A model generated the notes under the pieces. That model was not told the DNA's origin, did no database searches, and was given only the letters and a program-made list of their open reading frames with translations. DNA of 64,000 bases from an uncultured Candidatus Binatia bacterium (GTDB lineage Bacteria > Desulfobacterota > Binatia > Bin18): the NCBI GenBank assembly GCA_965200965.1, contig OZ241744.1, positions 832,001-896,000 of the forward strand, read 5' to 3'. Of this stretch, positions 9,873 to 20,249 are shown piece by piece. Every line of letters begins with the position of its first letter. Position 1 is the first letter of the stretch. The position numbers and the translations under genes were made by a program.

Positions 9873-11130
9873 ACAGCCAAGCAGCTTTGAGCCAAGCTCT
9901 TGGGGGCAGTGTGGTTGTTGAGTGTGGCGATGAACGCGGAGAGTTCGCCGGCCTGCTGCTGGCCTCGTTTGGTGCCGAGGTGATCAAACTGGAGGAGCGT
10001 CAGGGTGCCAACTCGCGCCGCCTGGGGCCTTTTGCCTCGTTACCGCCCGGCCTGGAACACAGCCTGCACTTCCGGCGCTACAACCTGGGCAAGAAGAGCG
10101 TCGCCTGCGATCTTGAGCGGCCGGCCGTGGCGTGCTGGAACGCCTGGTCCGACGGGCCGACATCGTCATTGATTGTGGCCGGGCTGCCGATGTTGAGCCG
10201 CGGCTTGCCCTGTACCGTGACATCCAGGCGACGCGCCCCGGCCTCATCATCTGCACAATCACCCCGTTTGGGCTGGACGGTCCGTACTGCGACCTTACCA
10301 TGATCGACTTGACCCAGCTGGCAATGGGCGGGGTGATGGCCTCGTGCGGCTACGATCCGGGACCGGATGGGGTCTACGATACCCCACCCATCGCCCCCGA
10401 CATGTGGCAGGCCTCCCACATCGCCTGCGAACACGCGGTGCTGACGCTGGCCGCGGCCCTCAACTTTCGTGAGTTGACGGGTGAGGGCGATTGTATTGAT
10501 GTCTCGATCCACGAAGCGGTGAGCACCTGCACCGAAGTTGCGCTGCCCTGCTATATCTACAATCGAGACCTGCTACAGCGTCAGACCGGACGGCACGCCG
10601 CCACGGCCACGACGCCGGCATGGCTGCGTCGGACCAAAGACAGCCGGTATGTGAAGGCCTTCCTGTTTTGGGGCAGCCGTGACGCGCGGGTCATTGCCGA
10701 GATGCTTAGCGAGGCGGGGATTGAGCACAATCTTGACACTGCGGCCTACCGCCAGTTGAGCGAGCGCTCCCCGGGCGAGGCTAACAAGCAGCTGAGCACC
10801 CAGGTCGATCGGCTCGTCGCCTCAATGACCGCGGAGGAGGTCTATCATAAGGCCCAGGCCAAAGGCTTGTTGTGGGCCAGCGTGCGCTCCCCGGAAGAAA
10901 ATCTGGACGACCTGCACTTCCAGGCGCGGGGGACGTTTCAGGCCATCCATCAGCCACAAATCGGCCGCGAACTATACTTCCCGGTGTCAGCCGCCACCGA
11001 CGGCCATGACCGGATGACTGACTTCAAGCGCGGCGCGCCGTTCTTGGGCCAGCACACGCGGGAAGTGCTGTCAGGGCTTGGATTTGACGAGGCTGGACTA
11101 GACCGCCTGGCCGCCCAAGGCGTCATCTAG
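9869..11130 (+). pseudogene. Second CaiB/BaiF CoA-transferase subunit, frameshifted
   Basis: GLLLASFGAEVIKLE..YNLGKKSVACDL in one frame; LERLVRRADIVI..APFLGQHTREVL in another frame from ~10130. Confidence 0.78.
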
Positions 11131-11152
11131 GCGCGGGGGAGGGGGAGGCCGG

Positions 11153-11461
11153 GTGGGAGAACTCATGCGCTGCCAGAAAGCCCGGATCGTTGAGCCGGAA
11201 AGCTGGGACTTGATTCATCCAGACTCGCACGCCTGGGTGCGGCGCAATCTCGGTGCCGAGTTGTGGGTGGAGGCGGTCCCGCCACACAAGAGTATCCCCT
11301 CACTGCACGGCGGCGAGGTCAACAATTCGGTCAAGACGCCCTATCTGTGGCTGGGACGGGTGCGCTATTGGATGTCGATGGATGTTCTGGAACTCCTGGC
11401 CGAGAGCGCCGAGGTCGCCGACCAGCCCCTTCTGAACTGGATGGATGCCCGACGCTTCTGA
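11153..11461 (+). CDS. Hypothetical protein
   Basis: 102-aa ORF after GGAGG with natural composition; no recognised motif. Confidence 0.55.
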   Translation: MGELMRCQKARIVEPESWDLIHPDSHAWVRRNLGAELWVEAVPPHKSIPSLHGGEVNNSVKTPYLWLGRVRYWMSMDVLELLAESAEVADQPLLNWMDARRF

Positions 11462-11496
11462 TCGGCCCGGAGTTGGTAGGCCGGCCGCTAGGCAAT

Positions 11497-11961
11497 TCAG
11501 TCTGGGCAGTGCTGTATCAGTTCCAGGGTCGTGCCATCGGGGTCACGGAAATAGACTGCTTTGACCTTGCCGTAGCCCTCGCCCCCAAGGTCAAACAACT
11601 GCGGGGCCGAATAGAACTTGACCCCCTTGGCCCGCAAGTTTTCGTAGGTCCGGTCAATATCCTTGACCCAAAACGCGACTTCGGTGATCCCGGGGTTGGT
11701 CAGCCCGGGATACGGCCTGCCGTCGTTTGCGGCCGGCTCAATGAAATGCAGGAGTTCAATCGGCGGGCTGCCTGGGTCGTCTTTGTAGCGCAGATACACG
11801 GCACGCAGCGTGGTGTTTGGGACTTGGGTGACGGTGCTGGCCTCCTGGCCGTCGATAGTAACATCCCCAATCACCTTGAGGCCCAGCGTATCACGATAAA
11901 ACTCAAGCGCTCTGTCCAGATCTCTGACCGTAATCCCGATGTGGGCAACAGTTCCTAACAT
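11497..11961 (-). CDS. VOC/glyoxalase family protein
   Basis: AHIGITVRDLDRALEFY and YFRDPDGTTLEL motifs. Confidence 0.92.
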   Translation of the reverse strand: MLGTVAHIGITVRDLDRALEFYRDTLGLKVIGDVTIDGQEASTVTQVPNTTLRAVYLRYKDDPGSPPIELLHFIEPAANDGRPYPGLTNPGITEVAFWVKDIDRTYENLRAKGVKFYSAPQLFDLGGEGYGKVKAVYFRDPDGTTLELIQHCPD

Positions 11962-12173
11962 GGCTCTCCCTCCTTGTGGCGTGTCGTAGTTGGCAGACTA
12001 GCGCCAACTTCAAGCCGGGTCTATGGCCGGGGAACAATTTCCAGGCGTACAGGGGGAGCGTTGGCAAGTACCCCCGGGAGCTTTCGCCAGCATAAAAGAT
12101 ATCGTCAGGCAGCACCTAAAGCCTTAACCCGGTCTGGTTCGTCCGTTGGTTTCCCTCAAAAACCGTGCTTCAG

Positions 12174-12530
12174 TGACACGCTTACAGGCCTTGCCGCGGC
12201 TTTGGTGTTCAGCCACCCCGCCCTTGCCCTATGACAGGACCACGGCAGAAGGCTATGGGGAATCTCTTATTAGGCTTGCTGCTACGTCAGTCCTTTGGGC
12301 AACTCACCCTCTGCCTGCCCTGACCAATATATCCGAATTGCTGGCGGGCTCCATATTCCGCCCGTGGCTCGGAATATCGGTCGAGTGGCCTGGAATATCA
12401 GCCGGGGTGATACCGAAGCCGTTTGCGGAGACCAAGACAACGGGTTCATCACTCAATGGAACTGGACCTTGATGGGGGAAGGGACCTATACCGCGGCGCT
12501 TGTGGTAGACGGAAAGACCGTTCAGATAAT
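12174..12530 (+). pseudogene. Remnant of a secreted protein with an RGDT-x3-CGD-x2-NGF-x4-NW domain
   Basis: One frame holds a signal-like LTGLAAALVFSHPALAL, stops at 12234 and 12273, then SRGDTEAVCGDQDNGFITQWNWTLMGEGTY; a paralogous segment lies at 41813-42273. Confidence 0.55.
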
Positions 12531-12549
12531 GATAATCAGCGGATGCGGG

Positions 12550-13959
12550 CTATTGCGACTGAAAGACGAAGATCCGTCCGGTTGCGACGTTATTGCCAAT
12601 CGTCTGGCCGGCCGCACCAATGGCGAACTCCGGGATGCCGTCGCCGTGCAAATCACCCGGCGAGGCCAGGGTGTAGCCAAACTTTGAGCCCTGGTGCGGG
12701 TTGGGGTTGTCAAAGGTGATCAGGTGGCGGCCGTCCCAGCCGTTAAACACAAACACCGCGCCCTGAATCTGAAACTCGTCCACCGTCTGGTGCGGCGCGC
12801 TGACCAATATCTCCGAAGCGCCATCCTCATTGATATCAGATGTCCAGGCTACCCGATAGCCAAAGCCAGCGTAGGCGTTGTTCAGGCCCGGGTTATGCAG
12901 GGACAGCAGCCGGCTGCCATCCGTCCCGCTGAACACATAGGCCTCGCCCTGGGCGCGGTTTGACTGCACATCTTTGTACGGCGCGCCCACCAGGGTGTCG
13001 GCGGTGCCGTCTTTATTGATGTCGCCGCCCGAGGCGATGTGCCAGCCAAAGACCGACCCGGCCCGGGGCTCGGGCGCGTCGATGGCGTACAGCAGGCTCA
13101 GGTCTCGGCCACTCATGGCGTACACCCGTCCCAGTATCCGGTGTTGGTCTACGCTGGTATACGGCGCACCGATCACTACATCCGGCGTCCCGTCCTTGTT
13201 GAGGTCGCCGGCACCGGCAACAGACCAGCCAAAGGTATCCTGGCCGGGCGGGGCCGGCGGTGCCAGGGTATGCAGCGGGCTGCCGTCCTGGCCGTTGAAG
13301 ATGTACGCCCGTCCTGACCCGTTTTGGGCCGGCGCGCCGATCAGGATTTCAGCAATGCCGTCACCGCTGAGGTCGCCGAGCGCTGCGACCGAAAAACCAA
13401 AAGCGGCCCCGGCATCCTGCTCGGGGGCTTGGACCGTATACAGCAGTTGACCGTTCTTGGCGCTGAACACAAAGGCTTGGCCACTGCCGACTTTTTTGAG
13501 TTCCGGGCTTTCGGTTCCACCGTCCCGCTGGGCGTCAATGGTGAGCGACAGGGCGCTGCCGGCCTTTCCCTGGCCGATGGCACCGACCACTAAATCGGCG
13601 ACCGCGTCGGCGTCAATGTCGTCAACGCGGGCCAGGGCAAACCCAAAGGCCGAGTCTGGCTGGGGCATGGGATTATCAATCGTGTACAGCAGCATCCCGC
13701 TGCGCCCGCTATACACAAAGACCCGTCCCTGCCGGTCATTGTTGTCTACCCGGTGTTGATAGGCACCGATCACATAGTCCGGCGTTCCGTCGGCATCGAC
13801 ATCGCCGACGATAGCAAACGCAGAAGCAAAACCGGTCAAGGGTAGCTTGGCGGGATGGTCAATGTTCATCACGCGCGGCTCTGCTCCGGCGGGTGTGTGG
13901 CAGACAAACAGGACGGCCAGGAATAGGGTTGGCGGACAGACACGCGGGAAGAATGGCAC
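12550..13959 (-). CDS. Secreted FG-GAP (integrin-alpha-like) repeat protein, 7-bladed propeller
   Basis: Seven FG..GD-x-(N/D)-x-DG..(IG/VG)A-type repeats; hydrophobic signal-like N-terminus; start uncertain. Confidence 0.9.
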   Translation of the reverse strand: MPFFPRVCPPTLFLAVLFVCHTPAGAEPRVMNIDHPAKLPLTGFASAFAIVGDVDADGTPDYVIGAYQHRVDNNDRQGRVFVYSGRSGMLLYTIDNPMPQPDSAFGFALARVDDIDADAVADLVVGAIGQGKAGSALSLTIDAQRDGGTESPELKKVGSGQAFVFSAKNGQLLYTVQAPEQDAGAAFGFSVAALGDLSGDGIAEILIGAPAQNGSGRAYIFNGQDGSPLHTLAPPAPPGQDTFGWSVAGAGDLNKDGTPDVVIGAPYTSVDQHRILGRVYAMSGRDLSLLYAIDAPEPRAGSVFGWHIASGGDINKDGTADTLVGAPYKDVQSNRAQGEAYVFSGTDGSRLLSLHNPGLNNAYAGFGYRVAWTSDINEDGASEILVSAPHQTVDEFQIQGAVFVFNGWDGRHLITFDNPNPHQGSKFGYTLASPGDLHGDGIPEFAIGAAGQTIGNNVATGRIFVFQSQ

Positions 13960-14115
13960 GGCAGTCGCTCCTTTGGCTGAATAGAGGTGCAAGAGACAAA
14001 GGGTATCAGGCGAGCCGCCCGACGGCAAGGGGAAAGGCTGTGGCCCGGGCGGCGGCACGTTGCGGTGGGGGGCAATACCTGTAAGACTGCCTCCGAGTTG
14101 AGAAAGGAGCCCACT

Positions 14116-14973
14116 ATGAGTTACGAACAGATTCTGTATAAGGTCCAGGACGGGGTGGCGACCGTGACGCTCAACCGACCCGACCGCCTCAACGCCTGGA
14201 CCCCGGTCATGGAGCGGGAGGTACGGGAGGCCATGACCGCGGCAACGGCTGACGAGGCGGTACGGGTGATCATCCTGACTGGAGCCGGCCGCGGCTTCTG
14301 CTCGGGTGCCGACATGTCAGGGCTGAGTGAGGCCAGCCAGAGCACCGCGCCGGACGCTGCTCCACGCGACCGCCACGCCGTCATGCGGGCTGATGGATAT
14401 GCCGCCGGTCCAATCGCCGGCGGGCTTGACCTGCCGCAGGCTTTCTCGTATCGCCACGCCTATTTCCCGAGTGTGCCCAAGCCGATTATTGCCGCCCTCA
14501 ACGGCCCGACCGCCGGCATCGGGCTGATTGTCGCCCTGTACGCTGATATCCGCTTTGCCTCCGAGGCCGCGGTCTTTACCACTGCCTTTGCCCGTCGGGG
14601 GCTGGTGGCCGAGCACGGCATTGACTGGATTCTGCCGCGTATCGTTGGCCTGCCGAACGCGCTGGACCTGCTCCTGTCGGCCCGAAAAATTAGCGCCGAA
14701 GAAGCCCTGCACATGGGCTTGGTGAACAAGGTTTTTGCCCGCGAGTCGCTCATGGAAGAGGTGCGCGCCTATGCGCTGGAGTTGGTCCTGATGGTCTCTC
14801 CACGCTCCATGCGGACCATGAAACAGCAGCTCTTCCGGGCCCAGAACCTGGACTTTGGGCAAGCCCTGTACACCTCTCTTCCAGATGTGGTGGACAGCCT
14901 GCACAGCGAGGACTTTCGAGAGGGGGTAGCGCATTTCGTTGAAAAACGCGTGCCGCGCTTCTCTGGTCGTTAG
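14116..14973 (+). CDS. Enoyl-CoA hydratase/isomerase family protein
   Basis: TLNRPDRLNA, FCSGADM, KPIIAALNG and EDFREGV..FVEKR motifs. Confidence 0.93.
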   Translation: MSYEQILYKVQDGVATVTLNRPDRLNAWTPVMEREVREAMTAATADEAVRVIILTGAGRGFCSGADMSGLSEASQSTAPDAAPRDRHAVMRADGYAAGPIAGGLDLPQAFSYRHAYFPSVPKPIIAALNGPTAGIGLIVALYADIRFASEAAVFTTAFARRGLVAEHGIDWILPRIVGLPNALDLLLSARKISAEEALHMGLVNKVFARESLMEEVRAYALELVLMVSPRSMRTMKQQLFRAQNLDFGQALYTSLPDVVDSLHSEDFREGVAHFVEKRVPRFSGR

Positions 14974-14976
14974 CGG

Positions 14977-15192
14977 CTACCAGTCGTCGTCGGCGTCGCC
15001 GGCCGGACTGTGGAGGCGGACGACGAGCGGCTCAGGCGTCTCGTCAAGTGGGCTGACGGTGAGTTGCTCAAGCGGCAGTTCACTGCCGGCCGCGGGACAC
15101 GACAGATAGACACGCAGTTCGCCGTGCTGGTCGTAGATCTCGTGCAGGTTCTGCAACAACTGCGACAGGGTGATGGATGGTTGCGCGTTCAT
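14977..15192 (-). CDS. Small hypothetical protein
   Basis: 71-aa ATG ORF filling the gap between two + strand genes. Confidence 0.5.
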   Translation of the reverse strand: MNAQPSITLSQLLQNLHEIYDQHGELRVYLSCPAAGSELPLEQLTVSPLDETPEPLVVRLHSPAGDADDDW

Positions 15193-15247
15193 GGCCCAAT
15201 GCTAGCACACCGCGCCGTGGGGGAAAGGCCGACAGAGAGGTCGGAGT

Positions 15248-17299
15248 ATGCGAGTTGGTTTTGATATTGGCGGGACATTCACTGATGTGATCGTCCTCGG
15301 GGATGACGGGAGGCTGAGCACCACCAAGGTGTTGTCGCTGCTCGACCGGGTGGGCGAGGATATTGTGGAGTTGATCCAGCACCCGGCCGACGCTCAGCTT
15401 GAGGGTTTTGTCCACGGCACGACGATTGCGTCTAACGCGGTGATTGAAAACAAGACGGCAAGGACCGGGCTGATTACCACTACGGGCTTCCGGGATGAGC
15501 TGGAGATGCGCGGCCAGCGCCGGCCCAATATCTACGACGCCTCGTGGGACCGCCTGCCGCCGCTGATTCCGCGCTCGCTGCGCCTGGAGGTCAATGAGCG
15601 CATCCTGGGCAGCGGGGAGGTTGAGCAGCCGCTTCAGCTTGACGATGCCCGCCAGCGTATTCAGCAGCTCTTGAACGAGCGGGTTGAGGCCATCGCAGTG
15701 TGTTTGCTTAACGCCTATCTGAACCCCGCGCATGAGCGCCAGATCGGTCAGCTTATTGCCGACATGGCTCCCGATACGGTGGTGTGCCTGTCGTCTGAGG
15801 TACACCCCGAGATCCGTGAGTATGAACGGACAAGCACCACGGTTATTAACGCCTCGCTCATTCCTGTGGTTGACCGCTATCTTGACCGGCTGGAGCGGCA
15901 TCTTTCGGCCTACAGCGATCGGCTGCTCATCATGCAGTCCAACGGCGGCATTATGAGCTCACGAACCGCCCGGCGGCACCCGGCGTATATGATCGAGTCC
16001 GGCCCCGCGGCCGGGGTGCTGGCCGCGGCCCGGCTGGTGTCGGAGACCGGCCAGGATGCAGTGCTGTCTTTTGATATGGGCGGGACAACAGCCAAGGCGT
16101 GTCTGATTGAAAAGGGTATGCCGCTGGAAAAGGCTGGGGGTGAGGTTGGGGGCGGGGCAACCATGACAACGCGCCTGTTTGGCGGGGCCGGGCACGCCTT
16201 GCGCGCGCCGTCGCTCGATATTGTGGAGGTCGGGGCCGGCGGCGGCAGCGTGGCCTGGATTGAGGCTGGCGGGGCGCTGCGGGTCGGGCCGCACAGCGCC
16301 GGGGCCGAACCGGGCCCGGTGTGTTATGGCCGGGACGGCCGGGAGCCGACGGTGACCGACGCCAATGTTGCGCTGGGCTATATGAATCCCGAGGCCATAG
16401 CCGGTGCCACCCTCAGGATCAACCGACCGGCCGCCCTGGCCGCGATCCAGGCCCAGATTGCCGAGCCGCTGCGGCTCGAGGTGTTGCCCGCGGCCTACGG
16501 CATCGTCCAGGTGGCGAACTCAACCATGATGCGGGCCCTGCGGGCGGTTTCGACCGAGCGGGGCCGTGACCCGCGCGAGTTTACGCTGATCGCGTTTGGC
16601 GGTGCCGGGCCGATCCACGCAGTGGCTCTGGCCGAGAGCCTGGGCATGACCAGCGTCCTGGTTCCGCCGTACCCCGGCCTGTTCAGCGCCCTCGGCCTGC
16701 TGCTGGCCGATTATCGGCACGACTATGTGCGCAGCGTGGCCCTGGCCCTGGAGCGGCTTGAGCCGCAATCCATTCTTGAGCAGTTTGCTGAGATGGAAGC
16801 AGCAGCCCGGGCGGAACTGCTGGCCGAGGGCATTGGCGGCGAGGCCATTCGCTTTGAGCGTCAGGTTGACCTGCGCCACAGCTATCAGGTCTCGGAGCTG
16901 ACCCAGCCCTTCCCGTCGCTTGCGCCGGGCGAGCTGGCGGGTGAGCTGGCCCGGCTGTTCACCCAGGCTCATCTCCAAGCCTTTGGTTATGAGCGGGACG
17001 ACACCATTGAGTTGGTCAGCCTGCGTCTGCGGGCGCTGGCCTCGGCCAGCACAGTCCGTTTCTCTGACCTGCTAGGCCGGATACCCCCGGCTGACCCTAC
17101 CCAAGCCACCGCCCGCCAAGCGTATTTCGGCCCCAGGCACGGCGTGCGGGAAACGGCGATTCGCCGACGGGCGGATATCAGCGCCACTCAGCCCGGGCCG
17201 CTGATCGTTGAAGAGCCGGACACCACCGTGGTCGTGCCGCCAGGGTGGTCGGCAAGCCGGGACAGGCTGGACAATCTGATTCTGGAGTGGCAGGGCTGA
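15248..17299 (+). CDS. Hydantoinase/oxoprolinase subunit A (HyuA-like)
   Basis: DIGGTFTD, HGTTIASNA, SGPAAG, DMGGTT and GAGGGS..SAGAEPGP motifs. Confidence 0.93.
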   Translation: MRVGFDIGGTFTDVIVLGDDGRLSTTKVLSLLDRVGEDIVELIQHPADAQLEGFVHGTTIASNAVIENKTARTGLITTTGFRDELEMRGQRRPNIYDASWDRLPPLIPRSLRLEVNERILGSGEVEQPLQLDDARQRIQQLLNERVEAIAVCLLNAYLNPAHERQIGQLIADMAPDTVVCLSSEVHPEIREYERTSTTVINASLIPVVDRYLDRLERHLSAYSDRLLIMQSNGGIMSSRTARRHPAYMIESGPAAGVLAAARLVSETGQDAVLSFDMGGTTAKACLIEKGMPLEKAGGEVGGGATMTTRLFGGAGHALRAPSLDIVEVGAGGGSVAWIEAGGALRVGPHSAGAEPGPVCYGRDGREPTVTDANVALGYMNPEAIAGATLRINRPAALAAIQAQIAEPLRLEVLPAAYGIVQVANSTMMRALRAVSTERGRDPREFTLIAFGGAGPIHAVALAESLGMTSVLVPPYPGLFSALGLLLADYRHDYVRSVALALERLEPQSILEQFAEMEAAARAELLAEGIGGEAIRFERQVDLRHSYQVSELTQPFPSLAPGELAGELARLFTQAHLQAFGYERDDTIELVSLRLRALASASTVRFSDLLGRIPPADPTQATARQAYFGPRHGVRETAIRRRADISATQPGPLIVEEPDTTVVVPPGWSASRDRLDNLILEWQG

Positions 17300-17443
17300 G
17301 CCGCGGTCAGGGGAGGGCAGCGGCAAGGTCAATGGCTACAGGCCGGCCATTTTTCCCTTGTCCTGCCTGCCCTTGTCGTTGTAGCCTGAAAATGATACAG
17401 AGTTTGAATCTGTAGTTATCCCACATACAAGGAGGAGTTGGCC

Positions 17444-17821
17444 ATGATCAAACTCAAATCCGTCCGTCACGCCGGTGTGCCGATCACCGACCTCAGAAAA
17501 GCCAAATCGTTCTATAAGATGCTCGGTTTTGAAGAAATCGAACGGCCGAAAATCAAAGGCGTTCCTGGTGCCTGGTACGAATGTGACGGAACCCAGGTCC
17601 ACCTTATCGGTCAGCGCAACGAGATGGCGGCCAAAAACCTGCCCGGCGTGGGCGCGCATTTGGCCTTGCAGGTCGAAGATCTCGCAGAAGCCAAGAAAGT
17701 CCTGAAGCGCAGAAAAATCGAATTTGCCGAGTTTACCCCACCGCCCAGCTTTGGCGGTGGTCCGGTCCTGTTCCTCAGAGACCCGGACGGCAACGCGGTT
17801 GAGTTGCGGACCGACCCGTAA
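17444..17821 (+). CDS. VOC/glyoxalase family protein
   Basis: HAGVPITDL and FLRDPDGNAVEL motifs; AAGGAGG RBS. Confidence 0.9.
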   Translation: MIKLKSVRHAGVPITDLRKAKSFYKMLGFEEIERPKIKGVPGAWYECDGTQVHLIGQRNEMAAKNLPGVGAHLALQVEDLAEAKKVLKRRKIEFAEFTPPPSFGGGPVLFLRDPDGNAVELRTDP

Positions 17822-17910
17822 GCCTCGGCCGTCTCAGAGGGAACTGTGCCGCGCGTGGAGAGTTCCCTCATCGGTCTTCCCCGTGCTCTCTGCGCCTAAG
17901 GAGACTGGTC

Positions 17911-18384
17911 ATGCGGATCGAAATTCATCCCAAGCCGGATGGCATGCAACACATCAATCTCATGTTCTGTGAAGACAGCCCGGACCCGGAAGACATCTGG
18001 ATCGCTGACCGTATCCAGGCGTTTCCGGTTCCGCCCAAACGAACCCTGGAGTGGGAACGCGAAGGCCGCCAGTATACGGTCTTGCAGTTTGGACAGTGTG
18101 TCATCGGCCATGTGATGTTTGACATTGAAAAACATAAGGGCATTGTCGATCAGCTCAGCCAAGTGTGCCGCGCGGAGATTGAACGGCTGACCGCCGAGGG
18201 AATGGATAAGACGGTCGTCCTGCGGCTCATTTCTGAGACTGCCTTAGCCTTTCACTGCCAAGCCAGGTTTGGCATCAGCAGCGACGGGGAGGTCGGCATC
18301 ACCCTTGACGCCGAGCAGGCTCGGGAGCGGCTGCGGCAAGCGATACACGAAGAGTGTGGCGAGCCAGCCGAATTGCCTGGGTAA
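17911..18384 (+). CDS. Hypothetical protein
   Basis: 157-aa ORF with AAGGAG RBS, closely coupled to the next gene. Confidence 0.7.
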   Translation: MRIEIHPKPDGMQHINLMFCEDSPDPEDIWIADRIQAFPVPPKRTLEWEREGRQYTVLQFGQCVIGHVMFDIEKHKGIVDQLSQVCRAEIERLTAEGMDKTVVLRLISETALAFHCQARFGISSDGEVGITLDAEQARERLRQAIHEECGEPAELPG

Positions 18385-18398
18385 AGGAGACAGTGTTG

Positions 18399-19559
18399 AT
18401 GTTTACCGCCCCGTCCAGATATTTTAACCAGGAACATGAACTCTTCCGCGAACAGGTGCGGAACTTCGTGAATAAAGAGATTGAACCATATCTTGACCAG
18501 TGGGAAGAAGATCGCCTTTTTCCCAAATCGGTCTATCGCCGCATGGGTGACCTCGGTTTTCTCGGCATCCGGCTGCCCGAAGAGTACGGCGGCAGCGACG
18601 GCGACATCTGGATGGCGCTCGTCTTCTGCGAAGAGCTGTGCCGCTGTCATGCCCTCGGCCTGCCAATGAGCGTGCTGGTGCATACCGACATGTCCAGCAC
18701 CCATATTGCCCGCTACGGTACGCCACAGCAGAAGGACAGGTATCTGCGGCCCCTCATCAGTGGCGAGCAGGTGTGCGCGATCGCGGTATCCGAGCCCTCG
18801 GGCGGCTCGAATGTCGCCGGGATTCAGACCACCGCGGTTAAGGACGGGGATGGGTATGTCATCAATGGAACAAAAATTTTCATCACCAATTCGGTCCATG
18901 CCGATACCTTCTGTGTGGCGGCCAAAACCGACAAAGCCGCCGGCCACAAGGGCGTGTCCATGTTCATTGTCGAGCGGGACAGCCCCGGCTTTCAGTTAGC
19001 CAAAAAGCTCAGAAAGATGGGCAATCACTCTTCGGACACCGGCGAGCTGGTGTTTGAGGATGTGCGGGTCCCGCGCGAAAATCTGCTGGGCGAAGAGGGC
19101 CAGGGCTTTTACTACATCATGAAGAACTTCCAGGATGAGCGGCTGATCGCGGCCAGCATGGCGGTCAGCGCCTCGCAGCGCGCCCTGGAAGATACCATTT
19201 GCTATACCCGCCAACGAGAGACCTTTGGCAAACGGGTCTTTGACCACCAGGCTATCGGCCATCGCCTAGCCGACCTTGCCACCAAGCTCGAGGCTGCCCG
19301 CCAGTTGACCTATTACGCCGCGGATGTCCTGAACAGCGGATGTGACGCCAGCACAGAAGTGTCAATGGCCAAACTGTACGCAACCGAGTTAGCCAATGAG
19401 TTGGCCTACGAATGTTTGCAATTTCACGGCGGCTATGGCTACATGGAAGAGTTCCACATTGAGCGTTTTTATCGAGACATGCGGATGACCAACATCGGAG
19501 GGGGAACCTCGGAGGTTATGCGCGAGATTATTGCCTATCGGGGATTGGACCGGGACTAA
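18399..19559 (+). CDS. Acyl-CoA dehydrogenase
   Basis: AIAVSEPSGGSN, INGTKIFITN, QFHGGYGYM and IGGGTSE motifs. Confidence 0.95.
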   Translation: MFTAPSRYFNQEHELFREQVRNFVNKEIEPYLDQWEEDRLFPKSVYRRMGDLGFLGIRLPEEYGGSDGDIWMALVFCEELCRCHALGLPMSVLVHTDMSSTHIARYGTPQQKDRYLRPLISGEQVCAIAVSEPSGGSNVAGIQTTAVKDGDGYVINGTKIFITNSVHADTFCVAAKTDKAAGHKGVSMFIVERDSPGFQLAKKLRKMGNHSSDTGELVFEDVRVPRENLLGEEGQGFYYIMKNFQDERLIAASMAVSASQRALEDTICYTRQRETFGKRVFDHQAIGHRLADLATKLEAARQLTYYAADVLNSGCDASTEVSMAKLYATELANELAYECLQFHGGYGYMEEFHIERFYRDMRMTNIGGGTSEVMREIIAYRGLDRD

Positions 19560-20249
19560 CACGCGCCGGCGAGTGGTCTCCGGCTTCGGTGGTGCTTATG
19601 TGGTGACGGGTTTCCCTCGGCTCGGTGGAGCGGAGGGTAGGGGTATGGGGGAAGAGATTATGGGGGCAGTGTTGGATGTGGATATCCCACAGAAGATGTC
19701 CGTGTGCCGAATTCAGCCGTTGGTATCGCTCTAGCCCAGGTGTCGTGGCAGGTCAAAATGTTCACCCACGACGGGGTCGTGCTGGCTGCGGTCTATCCTT
19801 TGAGGAACCGAACCTGATTATTGGCCTGTCGTTCTGGCAGGATGAGGCAACCGCCCGGCGTCTGTTCAAGGGAGCACTTGAGATTGGTCCAGGTGCGGAT
19901 ACCGACCCGTCCAGCCGCGCCCGTTTGACGGTTGAGCCTGATACCAAAATGGTTGATGAGTTGTTTCCAGCCGCCAAGTTGCTGAACCCGCGCCCGACCC
20001 GGACCAGCCAGCCGGGCCAAGTGCCACTTTTCACCCTTTTTATCTGAGGCTTTTCCAGACACGCCCCAGCTCTGGGCTCGTTCTCACAGTTGGCGCATTG
20101 CCTGCCGGATACGACGAGCGGCCCAGCCCATACGGGTTGGATGACAGCCGGCGGGTTTGCCCTCCCGGTCCGGTTTGAGTATAGTAGCCCGGCCACAGGA
20201 ATGTGCTGCACATTCCAACTGAGCCCCATTTTGGCAAGGAGGGAAACGT

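Noticed and set aside
19625-20047. Possible gene or remnant between the acyl-CoA dehydrogenase and the helical protein
   Set aside because: The C-terminal part looks protein-like, but no clear start or recognisable family could be supported
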